Assembly (NCBI GenBank): GCA_030754595.1
Contig: JASLZZ010000066.1
Span: forward strand, 1 to 44,207
From: Nitrospinota bacterium
Lineage (GTDB): Bacteria; UBA8248
Direction of reading: 5' to 3'
DNA length: 44,207 bases
Part shown: positions 1 through 7,826 of the stretch, in pieces
Numbering within the stretch: the stretch's first letter is position 1
Layout: each line of letters begins with the position of its first letter
Position numbers and translations under genes: made by a program
Notes under the pieces: generated by a model
Seen by the model: only the letters and a program-made list of their open reading frames with translations
Told to the model about the DNA's origin: nothing
The model's database searches: none

Positions 1-279
1 ACGACAGCGACCCGCTCAGGGAAGGACTGCTTGATCGGGGCATCCGGCCGGTCATCCCTCATCGCTCGAACCGCAAGAAGCCCTCTCGCCAGGACGGACG
101 GGAACTCCGGCGCTACCGCAGGCGATGGATCATCGAGCGGACGATTGCCTGGTTTGGCAACTTCCGCAGGATGACCGTGCGATGGGACCGACTGATGGAA
201 ACCTACGGTGGATTCTTTCATATGGCTTGTGCCCTGATCACGATGAGAAAATTCATGAAGGTTATGAAATGACTTCTAG
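1..279 (+). mobile_element. IS5-family insertion sequence, 3' end: transposase C-terminus (frame from 3, stop 270-272) and right terminal inverted repeat
   Basis: Frame 3 reads DSDPLREGLLDRGIRPVIPHRSNRKKP...YRRRWIIERTIAWFGNFRRMTVRWDR, the IS5 DDE C-terminal signature (Y-x2-R-x3-ER). It ends in GTTATGAAATGACTTCTAG (261-279), the exact reverse complement of 44068-44086. Confidence 0.92.
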
Positions 280-396
280 TAACTTTAAATGTCAATCATA
301 TTGCAGAAGCCTATTTCAAACATTTGTGATCGCTTGGATAGTAATCCGCCATGTACAGAGCCCGCGTTCCCACTTTCAAGTAGGGTAGCCCATTAT

Positions 397-1926
397 TCAA
401 TCCATGTAGGCGCTTCCGGCGCCCCGTCCGCTGAAGAGCATGCGGTAGGATTCTTCGACACTGGCGGCGTCGCGCCGCAATAACTCGGCCTCGCCGAGGC
501 TGGGGTCGCTCTCCTCACGGGGGTTTGGGCCCTGGCCGGCTCTCCATCTGAGGAAGGGCAAAGCTTGGCCCGGATACAAGGCGTAGCTGATGACGTCCCG
601 ATCGCTTTGAAGCAAGCCCTGCTCCTTGAGCTCTGCCCGGCACTGCTCCAGGGAGTCGGGGGGGATCTCCATGGGAGCGTCGTAGTCGATGGGATCGCCG
701 TGCCCGACGATTTTCCGCTGGAGGCCGGGGTCGATCTTCCCCATGGGCTTGCCGTAGGAGCCGTTTATGTAGTCCACAAGCTGCTTGGAGCGATGATAGT
801 CGGCCCCGCGCATCACGGTAAGGGCGGTCTCCACTCCGACAATCTGGCTCGTGGGGGTGACGAGTGGTGGGTATCCCAGCTTCTCCCAGACGACGGGGAA
901 GAGCTTAAGCACCTCGGCGATCCTTCCGTTCAAGCCCATATCCGAAAGCTGGACGATGTAGTTGCTCCACATGCCGCCGGGGATCTTGTGCTCCAGGACG
1001 GACACGTCCACCGGCACGCGGGAATGGGCGAGATGGCGCTGCTCAGCGTAGGGGAGGAAGTAGTCCCGGATGTCGGGGAGGAGGTCCTTCCTCAGCCTCA
1101 CCTCATGGGGGGTGCCGCCAAACAACTCGGCCAGGGTCTCGACGGCAGGCAGAGAGGTGGACTGGCTCATGGTGGAGATAGTGCCGTCGATGATGTTCGC
1201 TCCGGCCTCAACGGCCGCGAAGCATGTGGCGGGGGCCAGACCACTGGAGTAGTGGCAGTGAACCTGTATCAGGAGGCGGGAGTACTTGGCCCGCACCGCT
1301 CGGATCACCCGTGCGACGTTACCGGGCTTGGCGACCCCGGCCATATCCTTGATGCAAAAACTCTCATCGGGGCTGGTAGGGTCGAGCAGGCCGTGCTCGA
1401 CCAGGGACTCGACGAAGCCTATGAAATATTCCGGGGTGTGAACGGGGCTCTCAGTATAGCTTACACAGACCTGATTGTGGCCCCCAGCCTCACGCACGAA
1501 GCGCACGGCGTTCTCCAGGTTTCGAAGGTCGTTCATGGCATCAAAAGTACGGAAGATGTCGACACCAGCGCGGCGGGCCTCGCGGATGAAGGCGCGAAGG
1601 ACATCGTTGGGAATCTTACCGTAGCCGACGCCGTTCTGGCCCCGCAGAAGCATCTGGAGGGGGGTGTTACGGGCACGCTCCTTGAGGCGCTCGAGGTTTT
1701 CCCAAGGGTCCTCGGCCAGAAAGCGGAGGGCGGTGTCAAAGGTGGCGCCGCCCCAAACCTCAAGAGAGAAAAAACCCGCGTCGTCGATCTCGGGGAAGGC
1801 GCCCAGCGCCATTTTGTTGGTCATACGGGTGGCCCAGAGGGACTGGTGGGCGTCCCTGAGGGTGGTGTCCGCAATCCCGACCTCCGGGGTGCCCAGAAGG
1901 CGCTCCACTCTTTCAGCAAGGCTCAT
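397..1926 (-). CDS. Pyruvate/oxaloacetate carboxyltransferase (PycB/OadA/transcarboxylase-5S family) without a biotin-carrier domain
   Basis: Motifs DTTLRDAHQSL, EVWGGATFD, LQMLLRGQN, IKDMAG, HCH, PGGM, LGYPPLVTPTSQIVG; no EAMKM biotinyl motif. Confidence 0.88.
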   Translation of the reverse strand: MSLAERVERLLGTPEVGIADTTLRDAHQSLWATRMTNKMALGAFPEIDDAGFFSLEVWGGATFDTALRFLAEDPWENLERLKERARNTPLQMLLRGQNGVGYGKIPNDVLRAFIREARRAGVDIFRTFDAMNDLRNLENAVRFVREAGGHNQVCVSYTESPVHTPEYFIGFVESLVEHGLLDPTSPDESFCIKDMAGVAKPGNVARVIRAVRAKYSRLLIQVHCHYSSGLAPATCFAAVEAGANIIDGTISTMSQSTSLPAVETLAELFGGTPHEVRLRKDLLPDIRDYFLPYAEQRHLAHSRVPVDVSVLEHKIPGGMWSNYIVQLSDMGLNGRIAEVLKLFPVVWEKLGYPPLVTPTSQIVGVETALTVMRGADYHRSKQLVDYINGSYGKPMGKIDPGLQRKIVGHGDPIDYDAPMEIPPDSLEQCRAELKEQGLLQSDRDVISYALYPGQALPFLRWRAGQGPNPREESDPSLGEAELLRRDAASVEESYRMLFSGRGAGSAYMD

Positions 1927-2101
1927 GCGGTGAAACTCCCGTTACCCATGTGGCTTAGCGCGTGGGGAATGGCGAAAGACTGGACATCTTAATGCACAGG
2001 ATTATGCGACTGCAAGTTCTATTTTTCCAAGATCTGACCATCCTGCCCCCCTGGCTGTCCATGGCGAATTAATAATTCTGTCCGAAAACCAGCCCTTTCA
2101 T

Positions 2102-2165
2102 CGCCTCGCTCCGAATGGCAACTTCCCCAACCTCTTCCGCCATGAAGAATCTATTCCTGGTTTTC
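2102..2165. repeat. ~65-bp diverged direct repeat, copy 1 (copy 2 at 3416-3480)
   Basis: cgcctcgctccgaatggcaac...ccatgaagaatctattcctggttttc aligns with cgccttgctccgaacgacaac...ccatgaagaatcttttcccgcttttc with one gap; exact shared 13-mer CCATGAAGAATCT. Confidence 0.75.
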
Positions 2166-2329
2166 GCCCACCGGTTTCACCAAGTGCCGAACTTGAAATC
2201 ACCGGTGGAAGCCACCTGGAAAGTCCTTGGCATTCAAACAGTTACAAATATTTTGAATGGCTGTTACTTTGGCGCGGTCTGCTTCACACACCGATTGTTG
2301 CTTGATTTGGAATTCACCATGCACACCCC

Positions 2330-3226
2330 TCAGTTCCGGAAAGCCGTGATGAAAACCCCGCCTGAGACGACCATGATTGCGGCCACGACGGTGCGCCAGG
2401 TGACCCGCTCGAGCTGCCCCAGAAACAGGTAGCTGACGAGGAGCACCCAGATAGGAGCGGTGCGGCTCAACGGCAGCGTTGTGGAAATGGGGGCGAGGCT
2501 GAAGGAAGTGGTCAAGAGGAAAGCGGTCATGATGTTGAGGCCCCCGGCGGCGAAGATCCAGAAGATGTCCCGGCGGAGAGGCTGCCCACCCTCCCAGCGG
2601 GGAAGGAACGGTCTCCCGGCGAGGAGCACCAGATTCCCCACCGTAAACCCCACAACCAGGGCAACTTCCGGAGTTTCCTGATGCGCGAAGGCGAGCTTGA
2701 CGAAAATGGGCGCTACCGCATAGGCCACCGAAGCGATGAGGGGAAAGATCAGGGCTCCCCGGAACCAGGCCCCGAACGCCTGGGATACGTCCTCCCGGAT
2801 GCTGAGCAGCCAAACCCCGCTCACGATACTCATCGTACCGAAAAGCACCGGGAAGGTCGGTGATTCGCCGAGGACAACGATGGCGATGAGGGTTGCCCAA
2901 ATGGGCGTCGCCGATGAGATGGTTACCGAACGGTTCAGCCCCATTTTCGTGATGCCGATGAGGTGGGAGATCCGCCCGATCCCCGGGCCGGCGATGCCCA
3001 TGGCAACAAACCAGAGGAGCGGAGTGAGAGAGGAGTCCTGAAGCGTTCCCCGGTGGAGGGAGACGGTGAGCCCCCCCAAGCCGACCATCAAGTTGATGAT
3101 GAGGGCGGTCAAGAAGGGAGAAACCGTGCGCATTCCCTGGCGAATACACCCCTGGCCCGTAGCGAAGATTAGGGCGGAACTGATGGCCATCAACTCCCCG
3201 AGCCCCACGTAACGAATCCAATCCAT
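2330..3226 (-). CDS. DMT/EamA-family membrane transporter (start may be GTG 3250)
   Basis: About 10 hydrophobic helices in two repeats with P(I/V)W...LGE motifs (TPIWATLIAIVVLGE; APIWVLLVSYLFLGQLE). Confidence 0.85.
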   Translation of the reverse strand: MDWIRYVGLGELMAISSALIFATGQGCIRQGMRTVSPFLTALIINLMVGLGGLTVSLHRGTLQDSSLTPLLWFVAMGIAGPGIGRISHLIGITKMGLNRSVTISSATPIWATLIAIVVLGESPTFPVLFGTMSIVSGVWLLSIREDVSQAFGAWFRGALIFPLIASVAYAVAPIFVKLAFAHQETPEVALVVGFTVGNLVLLAGRPFLPRWEGGQPLRRDIFWIFAAGGLNIMTAFLLTTSFSLAPISTTLPLSRTAPIWVLLVSYLFLGQLERVTWRTVVAAIMVVSGGVFITAFRN

Positions 3227-3415
3227 CGGCAATCCAAGAGCCAAGGCCACGTTTGAGGCAACGGGCCGCGAGAAATCCGGGAGCGGGTAGAGAAACGAAG
3301 AGTATATCTCCGGCCGGGCATTTCACCCACCGATCTATTCACCGCCGGAAACGGAGCCCTTCAATCACCTGTCCACGGCGAGATGATAATTTTACCTTGA
3401 ATTTAGGCATTTTGC

Positions 3416-3480
3416 CGCCTTGCTCCGAACGACAACGGCCTCCAATCTCTCTCACCATGAAGAATCTTTTCCCGCTTTTC
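3416..3480. repeat. ~65-bp diverged direct repeat, copy 2
   Basis: See 2102-2165. Confidence 0.75.
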
Positions 3481-3794
3481 CCTCGCATCATAGCCACGAT
3501 TGCCTAGCTGCTCACACTTAGTATCCCGAAAGCTCTCGTCTCCGAAAATATTCTCTAAAGCAGCACTTTCTCGTCACAAAACAGTTCGCCGGCGCCATCC
3601 GGAGAGAATATCTGGACCTGTCTCTATTCTGGATCGGAGGCAACCTGGCATGAGAAGCTGGAAGAGTTTCAGGTAAAATACAATGGCCACCGGGTTCATC
3701 AACGAAAAGCCTCTCTTTCGGAACGGCTATTTCTCGGCTGCGCGGCTAGGGTGGGGTTTAGTGGCTGTTGCAAGCGGACAGGTTCGCCGAAGGA

Positions 3795-3851
3795 GAAAAA
3801 ATTCACCCCTGGAGAAGACGAGGGATGGCCGCGCCTCGCTTCTCCAGGGGT
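3795..3851 (-). terminator. Probable intrinsic terminator of the nxr operon
   Basis: 13-bp perfect stem ACCCCTGGAGAAG (3805-3817)/CTTCTCCAGGGGT (3839-3851), plus a 5-bp inner stem, followed on the minus strand by GAATTTTTTC; about 70 nt after the 3922 stop. Confidence 0.7.
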
Positions 3852-3921
3852 ACTTTGAATCTTGAATCAAATACTAAAGCTTACATTTTCCACTGCCACG
3901 GATTTTTAAAAATTCCGTTTG

Positions 3922-5481
3922 CTATTCAATCCGGATTTTGTACCAGGTCGTGACGGATTTTTGTCCGTTGCGATCTCCCCGGCTTCCGTCCCATACGGCA
4001 AACGCTATGGGATGAATCATACCCGGAAGAAGTTTTACGTCCTTTTTCCCGCCGCCGTTCAGCACCCGGGTGAATACCACGCGCCATTTGCCTTTCCACC
4101 ACCGCTCGGTGCTTTTCAGGTTCTGTCCGCCAGGCGCCTGCGGCTGAAGCGTACCAAAGCCGGCGGCGTTGAGATCCATCGCCGGCAGAGCAAGGAATGG
4201 GCTCGAGTTGGGATTCTTGGCCGCCCAAGCTGAAATAAACGGTCTTTTCGTGTCGCGCGAAGTGACGATTTTTGCATGACCCATTTTCCTGCGCGGGTAG
4301 ACGCGGCCTGCAAAAGGATAGTCGTCCACGGCCATTCCCGGATACTTCACCTCGACGCCGGTCGTCTTCCGGCCCGGCGCGGCGTTCCAGTACCAGATAT
4401 TCACTAAGTTATCGGCGGAGCCCATGATGAAAAGCGGCGGATCTTTCTCGCGAAGCGAGAACTGGATGGCGGAGCCATCCGCGTAAGAGTTGGTCGATAT
4501 GATTCGCCTGTCGGGCGTCGAATCGGGCCATTCGAGACGAATGGATATTTTCGTTTCGCTGTGCAGCGTCCGGACATCAACTTCCACCGGAGGGCGGCCA
4601 TCGTTATGAATCTGCATCATCGATATCACGGTGGAAGAAGCCGACTTCCATCGCTCATCATTCGTCCGTGTGGGAACATCACCAGTCACTCTTCTGGCCG
4701 GAATCACGCCTGTTCCGGGCTGCCAGAAGTCGCGGCCCTTTGAAAATTTCCGCACATAATGAGCGATGGCGACCAAGTCCTCTGCTTTTTCCACAGTATC
4801 GGCGTGAGAGGGCATCGGAGTTCCCTCGATACCGGTCAGTGTCCTCGTGATAATCGAACGCGCGTCGCCTCCGCCCTTGAACACGCCGCGGGTATAATCG
4901 TTTGGCAGTATGGGACGTTCCTTGTGATCCTTGAGTGTCGGTGCGCTTTCCCCTTTTCCATCTCCTTTATCGCCATGGCATTTATTGCACCCGTATTTCA
5001 AATATGCCTTTTTACCTTTCGAAACCCAGGCATCGGTCGAAGGGGGAATTTTAGCCGGAATCTTGGGAAATTCCTCGGCCGCATCCTCGAAGCCGGCCAG
5101 GGAAAGCACATATTACGACAACGCCTGCAAATCCTTTTCGGGAAAGGAAATGAAACTCGGCATGGTCGATCCGGGAAGACCCAGTCTCAGAGTGTGGACA
5201 ATATCCGAGCGCCTCGGAGGATCTCCCTGAAACGTGGTTCGGAACTTGAAGACCTTGGAGATGAAATCACGAGGTTGCGGGAAAAGAAGATAGGAGGCCT
5301 CGCCGTCGCCCTTGCCCGAGATTCCGTGGCATGCGGCACACTCCCGGTTATAAATCACTTTCCCCTTTGAGGCGAGTTGAGAGTCGATCTTGAACTTCGC
5401 GGCCTCGGCAGTAGCGGCGAGCCCAAAAACCATTACGGCCAAGGCTGCCGCTGAGACAATATATTTTAAAATCATGGTCAT
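3922..5481 (-). pseudogene. nxrC: NxrC-like gamma subunit: signal peptide, two c-type cytochrome domains and an ethylbenzene-dehydrogenase-gamma-like heme-b domain; interrupted by an in-frame TAA at 5113-5115
   Basis: ATG at 5481 after RBS GAGAGGGA; Sec signal ending AEA. CAACH...GSTMPS and CNKCH...GTPMPS heme sites; C-terminal IMG...VNIWYW and IAFAVWDG...RNGQKS. ORFs 5113-5481 and 3922-5109 are in the same frame: DLQALS*YVLSL. Confidence 0.8.
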
Positions 5482-5488
5482 GTCCCTC

Positions 5489-6262
5489 TCAAATGTTGTC
5501 GGAAACGGCATCGCCGCCGGTTTGCCAGTCGGAATGGTCCCACTCGTCTGACGCCACGGGAAGAAGTTCCCCCCGCGAGACGTCGGGCACAGGCTCTGAA
5601 TCCGTCGCCATAAGCTTTTTTTCGGCCTCGATGAATTTATCGAGCAGTTGGGCGGCGTCCCCGTAAATCCCCCGCCCGCTCTGGCGGGCCAACCGCTTGG
5701 CAAAAATGAACACCCATCTGCCAAGATGGTCCTCAATAAACGAGGCTTGAGCCTGTCGGCAGATTTCCGCTTCCTCGGCCTTGCCCTCCTTGAGCGCATG
5801 GGCTTCCTTGAAGGTAACGAGATAGAGGAATTCGAGCTGAATCGAAAGGTGATCGATCCGCTCCTTGCCCTCGCGCGGAGCGACACCGAAAGCGTTGTAG
5901 AAGCCGCCCAGGTCGGCGAGGACATCCGACTGCTGAAAGAGGTGTATATTTCCATATTCGGTCTCATACGGCGGGCAATGCTTGGAAATCGTGTGACCGA
6001 ACACTTCCTGAAATTCGTCCTCAAGTTCCTCGAGGCTAATGCTTTTGCTCAAGGGAAGACCTTCCTTGTATTTGCCAAGGAAGCGGTACTCTTTTTTCTC
6101 GACAAGCTGCGTGCTGGCAAAGGCAAATGAATCGCGCGCCTCGTTGCCTGTAATCTCGGCCCACGATTCTGCATCGGGGTAGCGGAAACAGGCTGCGAGG
6201 TAAGAATAAACGCGGCTCCTCGCCAGGGCTAGCATCGTTTCTGTGGAAATTGTAGCGTTCAT
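5489..6262 (-). CDS. TorD/DmsD-family molybdoenzyme maturation chaperone (NxrD-like)
   Basis: PPYETEY, FYNAFG, ERIDHLSIQLEFL and FIEDHLGRW motifs; lies directly after nxrB. Confidence 0.9.
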   Translation of the reverse strand: MNATISTETMLALARSRVYSYLAACFRYPDAESWAEITGNEARDSFAFASTQLVEKKEYRFLGKYKEGLPLSKSISLEELEDEFQEVFGHTISKHCPPYETEYGNIHLFQQSDVLADLGGFYNAFGVAPREGKERIDHLSIQLEFLYLVTFKEAHALKEGKAEEAEICRQAQASFIEDHLGRWVFIFAKRLARQSGRGIYGDAAQLLDKFIEAEKKLMATDSEPVPDVSRGELLPVASDEWDHSDWQTGGDAVSDNI

Positions 6263-6274
6263 CGATGCCCCTCC

Positions 6275-7549
6275 CTAAATGCTGTTGGCCCGCTCGGCCG
6301 GCCGTTTCTGAAGACCTTCTTCGACCGTCATACGCACAAGCTCGTTGCCCTTGGCGTCGTATCCGATAACCGTGTCGTTGAAGAGCGCCCAGGGCTTGCC
6401 GTTGATCTTCGTTTCGTAGACCTTGGGGCCTTCCTTGATCTCAAAGCGCGCAATGATGGCCTGCTGGGCACGGAAGAGCTGCATGACGGCCAGAAGCTCC
6501 CGCGATGGCGCCGTGTAGCGCTCGATGGCCTCCTCCACACCGGGGCCGAACATCTGGTGCAGATACGGGCGCGGCACCCAGCGCGGGGGGATGTAGTAGC
6601 CGTTCGGTTCGGTTCCGAATTGGGGATAAAGCGGGAGCGCCACTTTTTCTTTTTTGACCAGAAAATATATGGGGTTCTGTGGATCGTTCGACCAGTCTCC
6701 CGTCTTTTTGTCGATACCGACCAGCCCCTGCATCCGGATTTTTCCGACGCAGGCCGCCATGCAGCGCGTCTCCCACGGCGTTCCGTTCGAGAGTTCTTCC
6801 TTGCCCTCGATGCGTGGATAGCAGCCGATGCATTTCTCGCTCGTGCGGGTGTTCGCCCGGAACATCGGTTTTTTGTAGGGGCAGGCCTCGACGCATTTCC
6901 GGTAGCCCCGGCAGCGCTCCTGGTCGATGAGTACGATGCCGTCCTCAGGGCGCTTGTAGATGGCCTTGCGCGGGCAGGCCGCGAGGCAGGCCGGATAGGT
7001 GCAGTGGTTACAGATGCGCTGAAGATAGAAAAACCAGCTATTGTGCTCGGGCAAACTCGCGCCCTGCTTGTCATAGGTGCCCCGGGCGCCCTTTGGGCCT
7101 TTCGCGGCGTCCTCGCCGATGTTGGGGAAGCGCCATTCTTCATCGCTCGGAAGATAGCCGAGAACCCGCTGCGGACCCTCGAGCCCGACCCGCCGGGAGG
7201 CCGCCTCGAACATGGTCATTCCGCCGTAGGCGCCGTAGGGGCGACGGGCGCCGTTCTTTGTGGCATCCCATTCCTGTTTGCCGGGGTTCGCTTTTTCGAG
7301 CATTTGAAGGGATATTACGTCCCAGTTCTGGGGATAGCCCCCGTAAGGCTTGGATTCGACGTTGTTCCACCACATGTACTCTTGGCCCTTAGAGAAAGTC
7401 CAGGTGGACTTGCAGGCCATCGAGCAGGTTTGGCAGCCGATGCAGCGGTTGATGTTAAATACGAAAGCAAACTGGTGGTCGGGGTGTTTCTCCTCATATG
7501 GATACGCCATTTTCCGCCCGAGCTGCCAATTGTATACCTGAGACATCAT
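6275..7549 (-). CDS. nxrB: Nitrite oxidoreductase/nitrate reductase beta (Fe-S) subunit, Nitrospira/anammox type
   Basis: N-terminus VYNWQLGRKMAYPYEE..QFAFVFNINRC. Four Cys groups: CIGCQTCSMAC, CNHCTYPACLAAC, CRGYRKCVEAC, CIGC...CMAAC. Also LPLYPQFGTEPNGYYIPPRW. Confidence 0.95.
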   Translation of the reverse strand: MMSQVYNWQLGRKMAYPYEEKHPDHQFAFVFNINRCIGCQTCSMACKSTWTFSKGQEYMWWNNVESKPYGGYPQNWDVISLQMLEKANPGKQEWDATKNGARRPYGAYGGMTMFEAASRRVGLEGPQRVLGYLPSDEEWRFPNIGEDAAKGPKGARGTYDKQGASLPEHNSWFFYLQRICNHCTYPACLAACPRKAIYKRPEDGIVLIDQERCRGYRKCVEACPYKKPMFRANTRTSEKCIGCYPRIEGKEELSNGTPWETRCMAACVGKIRMQGLVGIDKKTGDWSNDPQNPIYFLVKKEKVALPLYPQFGTEPNGYYIPPRWVPRPYLHQMFGPGVEEAIERYTAPSRELLAVMQLFRAQQAIIARFEIKEGPKVYETKINGKPWALFNDTVIGYDAKGNELVRMTVEEGLQKRPAERANSI

Positions 7550-7558
7550 CCTTCCTCC

Positions 7559-7822
7559 CTATAAATTTACCGGGATCCAGTTGGCCCGGGCTTGTGCGAT
7601 AGCTTCTTTCACGGCGTCTTCGCCTTGGGTGCGAAAAACCCCGTGGGGAACCGAATAAAACGGGTTGCGGAACATCGCTAGAATCTCTTCATCCGACTCA
7701 CCCATCCGCATGAATTCCTCGGCCAGACAGCGGGCCATCTCGGATTCCATCTCACCATCCTCGGGCATGGGCATGGAGATAAGCTCCATCGGATCTTCGT
7801 GATCGAATTCATCCTTTGGCAT
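7559..7822 (-). CDS. Small acidic hypothetical protein between nxrA and nxrB
   Basis: 87 aa, 4 nt from nxrA and 9 nt from nxrB; EDPMEL and LAEEFMRMG...MFRNPFY segments look protein-like. Confidence 0.8.
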   Translation of the reverse strand: MPKDEFDHEDPMELISMPMPEDGEMESEMARCLAEEFMRMGESDEEILAMFRNPFYSVPHGVFRTQGEDAVKEAIAQARANWIPVNL

Positions 7823-7826
7823 CTCT

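Noticed and set aside
125..483. ORFs 125..388 and 289..483
   Set aside because: They are off-frame readings across the IS5 end; the real coding frame is the transposase ending at 272.
565..1992. Long antisense or alternate-frame ORFs (e.g. 565..1992, 2199..3326, 6557..7564, 21215..22474, 31869..32960, 40139..41119)
   Set aside because: They shadow well-supported genes, an expected effect of high-GC codon bias, and show no recognisable motifs.
5482..6024. N-terminal 180 aa of ORF 5113..6024
   Set aside because: It overlaps the TorD chaperone in another frame; the real start is ATG 5481, with an RBS and signal peptide.
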